From Octopus vulgaris (Eukaryota), in the NCBI GenBank assembly GCA_951406725.2, contig OX597815.1:76384001-76448000 (forward strand): a stretch of 64,000 nucleotides of DNA, given 5' to 3'. The position numbers and the translations under genes are program-made. This document shows positions 11,838 to 25,737 of the stretch, in pieces. The notes beneath the pieces were generated by a model. That model did no database searches, was not told the DNA's origin, and worked only from the letters and a program-made list of their open reading frames with translations. How positions within the stretch are numbered: position 1 is the stretch's first letter; each line of letters starts with the position of its first letter.

Positions 11838-12722
11838 ATATATATTGTAGCAATAACCATTTTAGCCATTTTGAAATGTGGCGCGAATTGGCAATATGAC
11901 GTAATGTCTTTGCCGAAGAAATATCATTTTCGTTTTTTTCCATTGATTAATATAACTGCTCATATAAAGATTCTAGAAGTTTCGTAAAGAATATCTGTCA
12001 TGAATTTCGATTCTTTTTGAGTTAAGTGAGCAGTTATAAAAACCCTGGATTTTGGAAGATATTTCAGTGTTCGTTCGGTAGTCATTCAACTCCACGACAC
12101 TCACTCTTTTGGAGACATCGGTAAATTTTTATGCCATGTCTACGTTAATCACAAATCTATTTTGATTTGTTGGTTAACGTATTAGATAGAAAAAGAAATT
12201 AGCTAATGAATTTAAAGTCGTTTTTCTTCACGACTAAGTTATCTTTCTTCTTGTAAATAAATATAAAATGTTATATTTATATAAATAAAATAATTAAAAA
12301 GAAAATGTTTCTCTTCACGTTTGTTTTTCAACTGAGCTTAGATAAATATGCATTTCTGTAATCTTTGTTTTATGTTTCTTATAGCGGTTTAAAGGACACG
12401 ATTAAAATATTCAACATATATGGTCGTTGATGTAGTGTTCCATGCGTATATGTCTATATGACATTACAACTGTAGTTAGGGTTAAAGATACAATGATAAC
12501 ACTTTAGTATAAATGATGATAAATCATTATATTCTCCCTAGCTTCAAGAGAAAAGCCTAAATAAATAATATAACCTAAGAGAAAGCTTAAGGTAGAAATA
12601 ACAGAAAACCGCTGTAGGAAAATATAATATTTACATGTAGATATGCATATATTATATATATTATATATATACATACATATATATATATATAAATATATAT
12701 ATGTATACGTATATATTATATA

Positions 12723-13110
12723 GGCGCAGGAGTGGCTGTGTGGTAAGTAGCTTGCTTACCAACCATACGGTTCCGGGTTCAGTCCCACTGCGTGGCATCT
12801 TGGGCAAGTGTCTTCTACTATAGCCTTGGGCCGACCAAAGCCTTGTGAGTAGATTTGGTAGATGGAAACTGAAAGAAGCCTGTCGTATATATATGTGTGT
12901 GTTTGTGTCTGTGTTTGTCCTCACCAACATTGCTTGACAACCGATGCTGGTATGTTTACGTCCCCATTACTTAGCGGTTCGGCAAAAAAGACCCATAGAA
13001 TAAGTACTAGGCTTACAAAGAATAAGACCTGGGGTTGATTTGCTCGACTAAAAGGTGGTGCTCCAGCATGGCCGCAGTCAAATGACTGAAACAAGTAAAA
13101 AAAAAAAAAG
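12723..13110 (+). mobile_element. tRNA-derived SINE, family A, full length
   Basis: GGCGCAGGAGTGGCTGTGTGG (A box) ... GGGTTCAGTCCC (B box), internal microsatellite and A-rich tail; more than 10 copies in the window. Confidence 0.9.
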
Positions 13111-13179
13111 AGAAATGTATATATATATATATATATATATACACATTCTTATCTTCTTTTACTTGTTTCAGTTAGAATT

Positions 13180-13450
13180 TAAGAATGGAGATCATTGTGT
13201 CAAAATGGTCTAAGAGACTTTGTTTCAACCAACATTAGCAGGCTAAGGGGTGCATGGCAAAAGAAAAAAGCAGCTGCAAATATACTGCCTGCACTGACCA
13301 ACAATCCTCATACTTGCAACATCTATGGGTTTCTTTACAAATCATTAGTGAGTCTGAAATGCCACATTTGAGATAAGCATTACGACTAACAAAGAAAGTA
13401 TGGGTTGTTGGATTGTCATATACCGAAACTGAAGGGAGTGTCCATCATAT
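13180..13450 (+). mobile_element. RTE (BovB-like) LINE 3' fragment
   Basis: EWRSLCQNGLRDF...HTCNIYGFLYKSLVSLKCHI*DKH, a decayed C-terminal CCHH finger. Confidence 0.55.
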
Positions 13451-13475
13451 ATCTATATCTGTATTTATCTATCTA

Positions 13476-13523
<48 letters not shown>

Positions 13524-13529
13524 TGTGTG

Positions 13530-13705
13530 ATGCCATGTAAAAGCACCCAACACACTCTGTAAAGTGGTTGGTGTTAGGAAAATCATCCAGCCATAGAAAC
13601 TATGCAAAATCAGACTGGAGTCTGGTGCTGCTCCTCAGTTTGCCAGCTCTGGTCAAACTATCCAACTCATGCCAGCATGGACAATGGATATTAAATGATT
13701 ATGAT
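13530..13705 (+). mobile_element. SINE/RTE-type 3' tail fragment
   Basis: GTGGTTGGTGTTAGGAAAATCATCC...GGATATTAAATGATTATGAT. Confidence 0.7.
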
Positions 13706-13949
13706 ATATATACATATAAAAGCAGATGAGGGCTAGTGACAGGAAGGATATATAGTCTTAGAAATTCTGCTTCAATAATTTTCATCCTACCCATACAACC
13801 ATGGGTAGATGAACATTAGAGTGATAATCTATATGTATTTATGTATATATAGATATTCTTGTGCATGTGTATAAGTTTACTTGCATGTGTATATGTGTAT
13901 ATAGATGTATATGTATAAAGATATATCCATTAATATCTGCTCACCCCCA

Positions 13950-14160
13950 TAAGGCAGAGATTAGCAGAATCATTAGCACACCAGGTAAAATGTTTAATGA
14001 GATTTCATCCCTCTTCATGTTTTGAGTTCAAATTCCACTGATGTTGACTTCACCTTTCATCCTTTCAGGGTCAATAAAATAACTACCAGTTGAGCAATAG
14101 GGTTGATGTAATCAATTTACCCCTACCCAAAATTGCTGACCTTGTGCCAAAATTTGAAAA
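13950..14160 (+). mobile_element. SINE family B, diverged
   Basis: GAGTTCAAATTCC...CCTTTCATCCTTTCAGGGTCAATAAAAT. Confidence 0.75.
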
Positions 14161-14515
14161 CAATATCTGCTCACCTTCACTCTGTATATACATGCACAGT
14201 ATACACATGCATGTATACACACACGCACCACCAACACCACCACCACCACCACCACACATATGCTGTTATCTGTAATGTCTTCTCAGTCCATTGCTTTTTT
14301 CGCCTGTTAATTGTCAATTTTGCACGAATCCTTATGTAGAATGGTTCTCAAAAACACATTCCTTTTCTCTTCTTCTCCTCTCATTTTGTTTTGGACCTTG
14401 TCACTTTCTATCTATCTCCATCCCTTGTGTTTTTACTTATTTAATTTTTTTACTTCTTTACACAGGAATTCTTCATACACCTACCTTTATACACACACAC
14501 ACATATATATATATA

Positions 14516-14907
14516 GGTGCAGGAGTGGCTAGGCGGTGAGCTGGCAGAAACGTTAGCACGCCGGGCGAAATGCTTAGCGGTATTTCGTCTGCGTTACGTT
14601 GTGAGTTCAAATTCCGCCGAGGTCGACTTTGCCTTTCATCCTTTCGGGGTCGATAAATTAAGTACCAGTTACGCACTGGGGTCGATGTAATCGACTTAAT
14701 ACCTGTGTCTGTCCTTGTTTGTCCCCTCTGTGGGTAATAAAGAAATAGGTAAGTAGCTTACTTACCAACCACATGGTTGCAGGCTCAGTCCCACTGCATG
14801 GCACCCTGGGCAAGTGTCTTCTACTATAGCCTCAGGTCAACCAAAGCCTTGTGAGTGGATTTGGTAGACAGAAACTGAAAGAAGCCCGTCATATATATGT
14901 ATATATG

Positions 14908-14965
<58 letters not shown>

Positions 14966-15180
14966 TTTGTTTCTGTGTCTGTGTTTGTCCCCCCAACATT
15001 GCTTGACAACCGATGCTGGTGTGTTTAGGTCCCCGTAACTTAGCGGTTCGGCAAAATAGAACAATAGAATAAGTACTAGGCTTACAAAGAATAAGTCCTG
15101 GGGTCGATTTCATTCGACTAAAGGTGGTGCTCCAGTATGGCCACAGTCAAATGACTGAAACAAGTAAAAGAGTAAAGAGA
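14516..15180 (+). mobile_element. SINE family A interrupted by a family B copy (14531-14747)
   Basis: GGTGCAGGAGTGGCT | family B | GGTAAGTAGCTT... resumes family A. Confidence 0.88.
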
Positions 15181-15181
15181 G

Positions 15182-15254
<73 letters not shown>

Positions 15255-15267
<13 letters not shown>

Positions 15268-15477
15268 TTGTGTGAGTGTGTTTGTCCCCCTAACATTGCT
15301 TGAAAACCGATGCTGGTGTCTTTATGTCCCCGTTACTTAGTGGTTTGGCAAAAGAGACCGATAGAATAAGTACTGGGCTTACAAAAAGAATAAGTCCCAG
15401 GGTCGAGTTGCTCGATTAAAGGCAGTGCTCCAGCATGGCCGCAGTCAAATGACTGAAACAAGTAAAAGAGTAAAAGA

Positions 15478-15480
<3 letters not shown>
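15255..15480 (+). mobile_element. 3' half of SINE family A
   Basis: Repeats 14980-15180 after a (TA)n tract. Confidence 0.85.
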
Positions 15481-15518
<38 letters not shown>

Positions 15519-15707
15519 CATACATACATATATATACATATATACATACATAAAATATTAAAATTTAATTTCTCTGGGTGGGGCTCCTTCCCCTCAAGCA
15601 CCCTTCTTCATTTTGTACATAAGTTTAGGTTTTTTCAATGGCAAGGCTTTTTACATATATAAATAAATGTAAATGCTTCCTCAAATAAAATTGCACTTCA
15701 GTTTTGA

Positions 15708-15788
15708 AGCTCTGATGAAGCTACAGGGTGATACACAAGCACTCATCTCTGAGTACATTGCATCTTATTGCAGAAACAGCTGTGAGTT
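15708..15788 (+). ncRNA. Decayed hammerhead-like motif
   Basis: GCU-CUGAUGA...GAAAC-AGCU-GUG-AGU; the cleavage triplet GUG is non-permissive. Confidence 0.45.
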
Positions 15789-16794
15789 AATGAAGTTCAT
15801 TACATAATTTCTTATTTCCTTGTCATTTATTTCATTTCTTATGCATGTGTGTGTGTGTGTGTGAAGGGGTTGATGTTGTGTGAAGACAAACGTGGCTTTT
15901 CAACCACAGGGACAAGTATCTTCTAATACAGCTTCAGGCCAACCAAAAGCTTGTGGGTGGATTTGGTAGATGGAAACTGAAGCTCGTCGCATATGTATGC
16001 ATATGTATTATCCTGTGGGCAATAAAGAAATAATTATATATGCATATGTACATATGTGCATGTATGTGTGTAGGCTTGGGTGCCTTTGTCTCAACATCAC
16101 ATGGTTGTTGTAAATGAGTGTCACTGTCATACAAACAGTGTCATTCATTTCCAACATTCTGCAAGAACACGTCTAGCCTTGGGGGAATATTACTTTGCTT
16201 CCAAACAGGTGAGGGTGTGCAACGTGAAGGCAACTGCTCAGAGAAAATCTGCTGAGAATAAACTTTGTCCAACCTATGCAAATATGGAAAAGTGGATATT
16301 AAAATGATGTTGATGATGATGATGATGATGATGATGACAACGACAATGATGATAACACACACACACATGTAATTTACATACAGATCTATTCCCATCTTCT
16401 TTCCCCTGTACCTTCCTCTCATACTTGCTCATATAATATAGTATAGCCCTCCACAACTCATCCCATCACCTCTCCTTCATTAACTTTTCCTCTGGAGTTA
16501 GTAAACAAAAAACTAATTATAGTGTTAATTGACTATGGTAACTGTTACTCTTCCTTGACCCCAAATGATTTGTGTCTCGTCGAAAGTAATCCATATTTAC
16601 CAATTATTGCTTGGTTTTTATTCAGACTAGCCAAATTCTCATTAGTTTTTCATTCACACTTTCTGTTTGGTTAGGTTTCTATTCATAATTCAAAATTATG
16701 CCTTTTTGTTTTTAAATAAACAAATTATCTGAAACTGTCTAATTGGTTTAGGTACAGTATTTAATTCTTTTGGTGTGTTTTAAATATTTTCACT

Positions 16795-17080
16795 GCTGAT
16801 ATCATCATCATCATCATCATCACCACCACCATCACCATCATCATCGCCATCATCACCACCACCACCACCATCACCGTCATCATTGTTATCATCATCATGT
16901 TCGTCATCATGATTGTCATCATCATCGTCATCATCATCATCATTGTCATTGTTATTATCATTGTCGTCATCGTATCATCATCATCACCACTGTTGTTGTT
17001 GTTGTCATCGTCGTCAACATCCTCATTGGTTATTGCCATTGACCTCATTGTTATTATCATCTTCATCCTCTTCATCTTTG
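16795..17080. repeat. (CAT/CAC)n low-complexity tract
   Basis: Directly visible. Confidence 0.9.
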
Positions 17081-17488
17081 TTACCTCTAACAAGACACCA
17101 ATTGGTCTGATGATATAGTAGAAGACAATTGCTCAAGGTGCTGCGAGAAGGCACCAGACCCAAAACCATGTGGTTGCAAAGCATACTTCTTATCCACACA
17201 TCTATGCCTGTGATAACACACACACACACACACACGTATATATCTTCCTCCTTATCATTTTATAGAGAGAGACATACAGATAATGAATACAAAAAAATAA
17301 AGAATGGCTATGTTGACTACATTAGTGAAGTGGGCATGAACACCACTACATTACAGAAGCTATGCACAAGGAATAGACAATGGAGTGAAAGGAAGAGCAG
17401 AGGCTAGAATATTGTATGTAAATGAAACAAAATCTATTTTCAGTATTTAAATCAACTGAGTAAACATAGACTTAAAGACAAACTGGTA

Positions 17489-17645
17489 GGCGCAGGCATG
17501 GCTGTATAAGACTAAACTAGAAACCATGTGGTTTTGGGTTCAGTCTCACTGTGCAGCACTTTGAGCAAATGTCTTCTACTATAGCCCTGGGTCGACCAAT
17601 ACCTTGTTAGTGAATTTGGTAGGTAGAAACTGTGTGGAAGTCCAT
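17489..17645 (+). mobile_element. SINE family A 5' portion (another head on the minus strand at ~17110-17210)
   Basis: GGCGCAGGCATGGCTG...GGGTTCAGTCTCACTG. Confidence 0.75.
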
Positions 17646-18615
17646 TATGTACACACACACATGCACACATAGATATATCACACTTGTATAAATATCACAC
17701 ATGTATATATATCCTCCTTTATGGAGAGACATATAGAAGGCCATACAGATAATGAAAAGGAAGATGGTTATGTTAATTATGTTAATGAAGTGGGCATGAA
17801 CACCACGACACTACAGTGTCCTGGTGATCATGCCCACCTCTGAAGACTTCACTTTTATGCAATTCATCAATCTGTCTGAATGGAGTTTGTACTTTCTTAA
17901 ACTATCAATTACAGTGAAATTCACAGCCATGAATATTGTAATTGTTTTTGAGAAGGAAAACAGACAGTTGTGCTGTTTGTGCAATTCCTTATAGATTAAT
18001 GAGGATAAGTGGTATCAAATGGCTCCTGATAAGAATCCAAATCAGTTTCTGCTTTACAATTTTACCAAAATTTCATGACTCTAGTTCTAAAGCAATGAAT
18101 CATGTTCACTAAAGAATTGCTTTCTGCTTTGTTCTTACCATACAGTTAGAGGTTATCCATAAATAACACTGTGTAACATGATTTTTATCTTTGGGTAGCA
18201 ACTGTTATTTCCTATTTGTTTACCCTTAAAAAATATGAAAAATGGCTAATATTTCCTTCAAACTTTGTTTTTGTTACATTTATTTAAACCCCAAAGAATC
18301 CCTCAACATATAGCTGTGATGTTCCCCCACCACTCCTGTTCATGATCAGTCACTAAGGGACATGCTCAACCGGTATTGTCAAGCAGCAGACAAGCAAGTC
18401 TGTGGTATTGAGCAGAATATTTACTATAATGATATTTTCTGCTCCAGCAACTCAGTGCTGAATCTGTCTGAAATGTAATAGGAAAATAGGTCAGTTTCAA
18501 AACATCGATGCCCAGTTGACAAAAGTAAAGTTTGATGGGAATAGTAGTCATTTCCTTTGATTTCTAGGTAGAAGCAAATAAAAGAAATAACACTTACTGA
18601 CAAAAATATTACATA

Positions 18616-18780
18616 GGTGTAGGAGTGACTGTGTGGTAAGTAGCTTGCTTACCAACCACATGGTTCCAGGTTCAGTCCTACTGCATGGCACCATGGGCAA
18701 GTGTCTTCTACTATCGCCTCGGGCTGACCAAAGCCTTGTGAGTGGATTTGGTAGACAGAAGCTGAAAGAATCCCATCGTA

Positions 18781-18837
<57 letters not shown>

Positions 18838-19033
18838 ATATGTTTGTGTGTCAGTGTTTGTCCTCCCCAACATCGCTTGACAACCAATGCTGGTGTGTTT
18901 ACATCCCTGTAACTTAGTGATTTGGCAAAAGAGACCAATAGAATAAGTGCTAGGCTTACAAAGAATAAGTCCTGGGGTCGATTTGCTTGACTAAAGGTGG
19001 TGCTCTAGCATGGCCACAGTCAAATGACTGAAA
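18616..19033 (+). mobile_element. SINE family A, full length
   Basis: Colinear with 12723-13110. Confidence 0.9.
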
Positions 19034-19187
19034 TCTTTTACTGTTTTCTTTTAAACTCATATGCAGAAGTTACTTTTCTCAGTAGCAATGTTAAAGGAAT
19101 CCTGCATAAAATAATAGCAAAAGAGATGCAGTGTCTCCTTGAAAGATCCCTCTCTTGATTCTTAATGTTCTTGGGTTATTATTATTA

Positions 19188-20065
19188 GGCAACAAGCTTG
19201 TAGAATTGTTAGCAATATTTCATCTGTCTTTACATTCAGAGGTCAAATACTGCTGAGATCAACTTTGCCTTTCCTCCTTTCAGGGTCAATGAAATGAGTA
19301 TCAGTTAAACACTGGAGAAGATGTAATCAATTTACCATCTCTCTGATAATCTCAGGCCTTGTACCAAAATCTGATGCAATTTAGCTGGCAGAATCATTAG
19401 CATGCTGAGCAAAATGCTTAGCAGCAATTCATCTGCTTTTATGTTCTGAGTTCAAATTCTGGCGAGGTCGACTTTACCTTTTATCTTTTAGGAGTTGATA
19501 AAATAAGTACCAGTTGAACACTTGGGTTGATATATTTGACTTACCCCTCTTCTGAAATTGCTGGCCTTGCACCAAAATTTAGAATAATAATCATCATCAT
19601 CATCATCATCAATATTGTCATCATCATTATTGCTATCATTATTATGCGATCTAGCAGCTGAACTAAGGGGGTGTGTTCTCTCCAAGTCTTGAGAACTTTC
19701 TAGAGACTCCTTGCACTACCAAGTAATGCTCTTTTCTAGATATACTCTATTTTTTATTATTATGCCAATCTTTTCTAACCAATTATCCATCTCACTGTTG
19801 TTGTCATTGTCGTCATCGTCGTTGTCATCATCTTCATCATCATCAGCATGATCAAGGCAACAAGCTAGCAGAATCATGAGCATGGTGGACAAAGTACTTT
19901 GCAGCATTTCGTCTGTCTTTAGGTTCTGAATTCAAATTCTGCCAAATTCAACTTTGTTTTTCATCCCTTTGGGATCGATAAAACAAGTGCCAGTTGAACA
20001 CTGGGATCAATGTAAATGGCTTGCCCCTCCTAAAATTACTGACCTTTTGCCAAAATTTGAAACCA
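19188..20065 (+). mobile_element. Three diverged SINE family B copies (~19188-19375, 19383-19582, 19855-20065)
   Basis: Repeated GTTCAAATTCTG...CTTT(T/C)ATC...GATAAAATAAGTACCAG blocks. Confidence 0.75.
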
Positions 20066-20084
20066 TTATTATTATTATTGAGTG

Positions 20085-20979
20085 AGAGAGAGTAGTGCAT
20101 ACCATCAAAGTGACGGTGGGTTACAAATATATGAAGCTCAATATACCCATCATGACTACCCATCTGATAAGGGTACACTAGGCACCTGCATCACAAACAT
20201 ATGTGCCCAACAAGATGATCTCATATCAAGATAAACTGCACATGACCTTGCAGGTGGGCCCAATTAGAATTTTCTTCAGGTCAAGTAGCCCATCTCACTC
20301 AAAAGGCTCCTCGATAAGGGTTGTTTAAGGATGTTGAATGAATGAATACAAAATATGTGGTAGTGAGCAGAATATTTACTGTAGCCCATCTTTTATACCA
20401 AGACAAAACATGTACATGATAACACTTCCAATCTGTTAAGATCAGAAGCTATGAGAGCCTGTGTCTGGTAGTTCCACTTGAAAAGGAAAGCGAAGGTAGA
20501 GATGAAAATTCTGCTCCCCAGTATTTTTTCTGAAAGGTGGGTGAATATAGCGAGGATGGTCTCTGTGAATGGGTCTACTATGTACATTTGCCTGTAGGCC
20601 AGAACAGTTGAGGGTAAGAGGGCTGTGTGTCTGAGGTGCTCTTGGGGGTCGGAGTGACCGGGATGTTTGCTGTGCTTTGAACGAAACACCCATGTTTCCA
20701 GAGGTGAATTATTCAAACCCCAAAGAATTCCTCTCAACACATGGCTATGATGCTTCCCACACTACATCTGCTCATGATCAGAGATGCACATATCATCAGC
20801 TGCTAAGGGACATGCTCAACTGGTTAAAGTCAAACAACTGACAAGCAAATCTGTGGTATTGAACAGAATATTTACTGTAGCTCATCTTTTATACCAAGAC
20901 AAAACAATGTACAAGATAACTCTTCCAATCAGCTAAGATGAGAAGCATGAGAGCCACTGTTTGGTACTGCATCAGGGCA

Positions 20980-20980
<1 letters not shown>
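20085..20980 (-). mobile_element. Unclassified interspersed repeat with internal partial duplication (also at ~18285-18445)
   Basis: Shared GGGACATGCTCAAC...TGTGGTATTGAGCAGAATATTTACT blocks at 18355-18425, 20355-20460 and 20805-20960. Confidence 0.6.
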
Positions 20981-21024
<44 letters not shown>

Positions 21025-21404
21025 GTCATTGTTATTTTGTTTGGGAGTGTTTCTTATGTTTTCCAAAAAATTTTTTGGCTCTTTCCTTCCTCCTTTCAAC
21101 AATGCCAAATATGTATTATCTATTAAAAGCCTTTTAGTTCAGACTTCTGGTGTTTCTTTCCTATTTCTAAAAGAGAAGCAACATACCTTAACAACACACA
21201 CCACACACTCACCACCATATTACACCATCCCATGCCTCACCACACTGCCACAACCACCACACACACAAGACCATCACATATATACAACAGTTTTTCAATT
21301 CTCAAAGAGGTGTTTTGACAGCTTTTAAACTGAATATGTTGCTTTCTCCTTTTCTTTCCTATTCCATTATTTTAAGTTTTTCTGGTCAGCAATGAATTAT
21401 AGAA

Positions 21405-21468
21405 GGTGGTGATGGTGCTGGTGGTGTTGGTGGTGCGGATAACAGTGGTGGCGGTGGCGATGGTGCCC

Positions 21469-21533
<65 letters not shown>

Positions 21534-22440
21534 GGTGGTGATGGTGGTGATGGAATGATGATGATGATGGTGGTGATAGTGATGGTGATGGTGGCGGTGG
21601 TGATGGTGGTGGCAGTGGTGATGGTAGTGGTGGCAGTGATGATAATGGTGATGGTGATGTTTATACTGTAGTACAGTGGTTATTGTTGTAGTTGTTGTTA
21701 CACCACTGTACATGGCAAACGAAGACATAACAGCTGAGGTGTTAATGGCATTGGTAGTGGTTGGTAAATACAGATCTGTTAGTACTGATTGAAGTTGGTT
21801 AGTGGTAGTGGTGGTATTGGTGTCAGTTGTGATGGAGTTAGTAGTGTTAGTAGTGGTGGTGTTGATTAGTGGCTGCTTCAGTGTTGATAGTGCTGGTGTT
21901 GCTAGCGTTGATAATAATAGAAGTGGTGGTAGTAGTAGCAGTGGTGTTGTTGGTGGTTGTTGTGTTATGGTGTTGCCAGAGATGTTGTTGGCAGTGGCGA
22001 TGGTGGAGTTGGTGGTGGTAGTCGTGCCAGAGATGATAATGCTAATGGTGGTATCTTTGTTATTTATGTTAGAGGCAGTGGTGGTGACGAAGGTAGCAGT
22101 GGTGGCGATAGTGGTGGTGTTGGTGGTGGCAGCGGTGGCAATGATGGTGGCAGCAGCTGCAGCGGCAGCGGTGGTGTTGGTGGCAGTGGTGGTAGTGGTG
22201 GTGGTGGTGGAGGTGGTCGTGATTAGGATTGTGTTGGTGGTAGTAGTTATATCAGTAAAGGTGTTGTCAGTGGTATTCGTGCTGAAAGTGGTAATGTCTT
22301 TGGCTTAGGTAGTGAAATTAGTTATTTATATTAGAAATGATGATGCTACTGCTGCTGCTGCTGATGGTCATGACAGTGATGGCAGTGTTGGTGGTATTGG
22401 TGCCCGGGGGGGGGGATGGTGGTGGCAGTGGTGGAGGCTT
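21405..22440. repeat. (GTG/GAT/GTA)n low-complexity tract
   Basis: Directly visible. Confidence 0.9.
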
Positions 22441-22982
22441 AATTGTAGGTAATAAATACAGTGTCAGCTGTGACATTAATTCTACTAGTGTAACATGCTG
22501 TTAACATCTATCACCTAATCACCAATGTTGTTGGTGTTACTGTTGTAATCGATGTTTTGATACTGTTGTTCTGCTTACTGCAACAGGTGTGAAGTTATTG
22601 CTATTGTTGTTGTTTAATTCCAGGGCAAGCCTGAAAAAGCAAGCCAATGTCTAAAGCTATTTCAGCTACAACCATTTAAATTTTTTAGGAAGTTATATTA
22701 TCCTGTATTTATCTAGTGTCTATCTATTTCAGTATTTATCTAGTATATATATATCCATTATCTTGTGTAATATACCCAGGGGTACATAATCTATATTTAA
22801 GATGCCAGAGTCTGAGTTGAAGGAAATTTGACTGCTATTTCCAGAGAAATTGAATAACCATGTAGAGACCTCCCTGTTAAAGTTTTTTTAGTGTCCCTTC
22901 CATAAGTAGTTGCAGCAATTGTATTTTTTCAGGCTGTTTGTTCTTGCCGTCATTTTCTGGTTCCACACACCTTGTTTTTATC

Positions 22983-23148
<166 letters not shown>

Positions 23149-23325
23149 ATACCTTAGGAATGAGAACCCAGGTTTAAAATTTCCTGAAAACACCTGAAGA
23201 AGGCTGGAGAGTATATCAGCCAAAACGTGTTAGCAACAAGATGAGGACAAATATCCGCCGAATGTAAATAATGTAAATAATGTAGATAATGTACATAATT
23301 CCTCATCTCTTAAATATAGAACTGT
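23149..23325 (+). mobile_element. pLTR-like fragment with decayed hammerhead
   Basis: AACAC-CUGAAGA-A-GGCUG(gagaguauau)CAGCC-AAAAC-GUGUU; GAAA is mutated and stem III is lost. Confidence 0.5.
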
Positions 23326-23551
23326 AAACCAACATCATCATCATCATCATCATCGTTTAACGTCCGTTTTCCATGCTAGCATGGGTTGGACGGTTCAACT
23401 GGGGTCTGGGAAACCATGAGGCTGCGCCAGGCCCCAATCTGATCTGGCAGTGTTTCTACAGCTGGATGCCCTAGATATCAAATGGTGGCACTAGATATCA
23501 AATGGTGGCACACAAACTGAAACACACACACACACAGACACATACACACAT

Positions 23552-23593
<42 letters not shown>

Positions 23594-23771
23594 ACACACA
23601 CACGTATATATGTTTCCATGTCTGAAATCCACTCACATGGCTTTGGTCAATCTGAGGCTATAGTGGAAGACACTTGCTCAAGGTGCCATGCAGTGGGACT
23701 GTGCCCAGAACCATGCGGTTGGGATGCAAACTTTTTACCACACAGCTAAGCTGTGCCTAATAGCACATAAT

Positions 23772-23836
<65 letters not shown>

Positions 23837-24117
23837 TACACACACACATTTCTATGCAGCTAAGTATATGTCCAGTCAAAGAGTGACCAATGGTTTCACA
23901 TCCATAAAGGGCCTTGCCCCATGTATATGTGCATGTACGTGTGTGTATAGTGTATAGTGTACATACATATCAACAAGGCATTAACAATGGTCATTACATA
24001 TTTTTCTTTATTGTTATAAATTTGACTTACAGCTGTTTCCAGTAATCATTATAGGTTCATTATTGGTAGGATTACTCAATCTGTCCATCAAATAATAGGG
24101 AAAAATTGAACAACATA

Positions 24118-25389
24118 CGAGGGACGTCAATAAGTAATGCCTCTGACCCACTTGCAGTTATTTGATCTAATTATTTATATCTCTATAAATTAAGTGGCAA
24201 ATTACAGCTCTGAACTAATTGTGGTGTCTGATTTACAGGTGTATGAACTGAGTCAAGTGTGAAATGGAGCCTGTTGAGTGTCGAGCAGTGATCCGGTTTT
24301 TGTATTTAAAAGGACGCACACCACGGGAGACTTTTGATGAAATGAAAGTAACTTATGGTGATGATGCCCCATCATATGACCTTGTAAAAAGTTGGCATCG
24401 TGAATTCAAACATGGTCGGAACTCTGTGGAAACAGCTCCCAGATCTGGTCGCCCCCCCTTCTGCCATTGATGAGGCATCTGTCCATCAAGTTGAGGCTGC
24501 CATTTTGGAAGATCGACGCATAACTATTCGCCAAATAGCCGATGAGGTCAAGATTAGTGCCGGGTCTGTGGAAACTATCATTCATGACCATTTGCATATG
24601 CAAAAGGTGTCTGCCAGATGGATTCCCAGGTTGCTCACACCTTTCCAGAAGCAAGAACGTGTCGAGTGCTCGAGGATGAATTTGGAGATGTGCCAAGAAG
24701 AAGAGTCAAAATTTTTCAAAAGACTGATTACACAGGATGAAACCTGGGTCCATCACTATGATCCAGAGACCAAAGCCCAGTCAATGCAGTGGAAGCACTG
24801 TGACTCACCTCCTCCAAAGAAGGCAAGAGTGCAGCCCTCCACTGGCAAGGTCATGCTCACAGTCTTCTGGGACCAGGACGGAGTAGTGATGACAGATTTC
24901 CTGGCAAAGGGTACCACAATTACAGGAGCCTATTATGCTTCACTTTTGAGGAAAGTAAGAGAAGTTATCAAAATCAGGAGGCGGGGCAATATCAGCAAAG
25001 GCATCCTCCTCCTGCAGGACAACGCTCTGGTCCACAACTCGCGTGTCGCCAGATCAGAAGCACAGGCGTGCGGCTATGAACTCCTCTCCCATGCCCCCTA
25101 CTCTCCTGACCTTGCACCGTCTGATTTCACCTCTTCTCAGCCATGAAGTTGTTTTAGAAAGGAAAGCGTTTCCCAGGTGATGCATCCTTGATTTCTGAAG
25201 TCATGTCGTGGTTGGAGGACCAAGCTGGGGTCTTCTACAAAAACGGTCTCCAGAGCTGCATCAAACAATGGGAGAAATGCATAACTCTGGATGGTCCCTA
25301 TGTAGTTAAAGAATAATAACTGTGCCAAGTTTCATTGCTCTACTGCTATGGGAAATGGGCCAGGGGCATTACTTATTGAATTCCCCTCG
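24118..25389 (+). mobile_element. Full-length mariner transposon (~1.27 kb) with TA TSD
   Basis: TA|CGAGGGACGTCAATAAGTAATGCCTCTG ... CAGGGGCATTACTTATTGAATTCCCCTCG|TA. Confidence 0.95.
24264..25316 (+). pseudogene. Mariner DD34D transposase with frameshifts at ~24455 and ~25130
   Basis: RSGRP, ARWIPRLL, ITQDETW, LLQDNA and YSPDLAPSDF motifs. Confidence 0.93.
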
Positions 25390-25737
25390 TAGAACAATAA
25401 TGCTAAGAGATCAATGGGTCAGTTGAGTAAACCTATCAATAATGAACCTATAATGAATACTGGAAACAGCTGTGAGTCAAATTTATTACAATAAAAAAAA
25501 AATATGTAATGACCATTATTTATGCCTTGTCTTGTATATCACTCTGTGTAAAAACCAGTATAACTGGAGCACAGCCATGGATTTACAATATAGAATGGTG
25601 ATGAACTATAGTCTCGAACCATGCCACATGGAGTTCTTTACTAATCTAAACAATATCATTAGCTGGGTGTACTAACAGAGAACTTATAAAGTATTTTGCC
25701 TGGATTGATAATCCCTCAATAATAACTGTTTTAATAT

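Larger units (their letters stand above)
23973..25530. repeat. ~120-bp inverted repeat pair (23973-24098 / ~25414-25530) flanking the mariner
   Basis: Arms are reverse complements and contain GAAACAGCTGT(A/G)AGT. Confidence 0.85.

Noticed and set aside
12723-12795. tRNA gene
   Set aside because: This is the tRNA-derived head of a multi-copy SINE; no complete cloverleaf.
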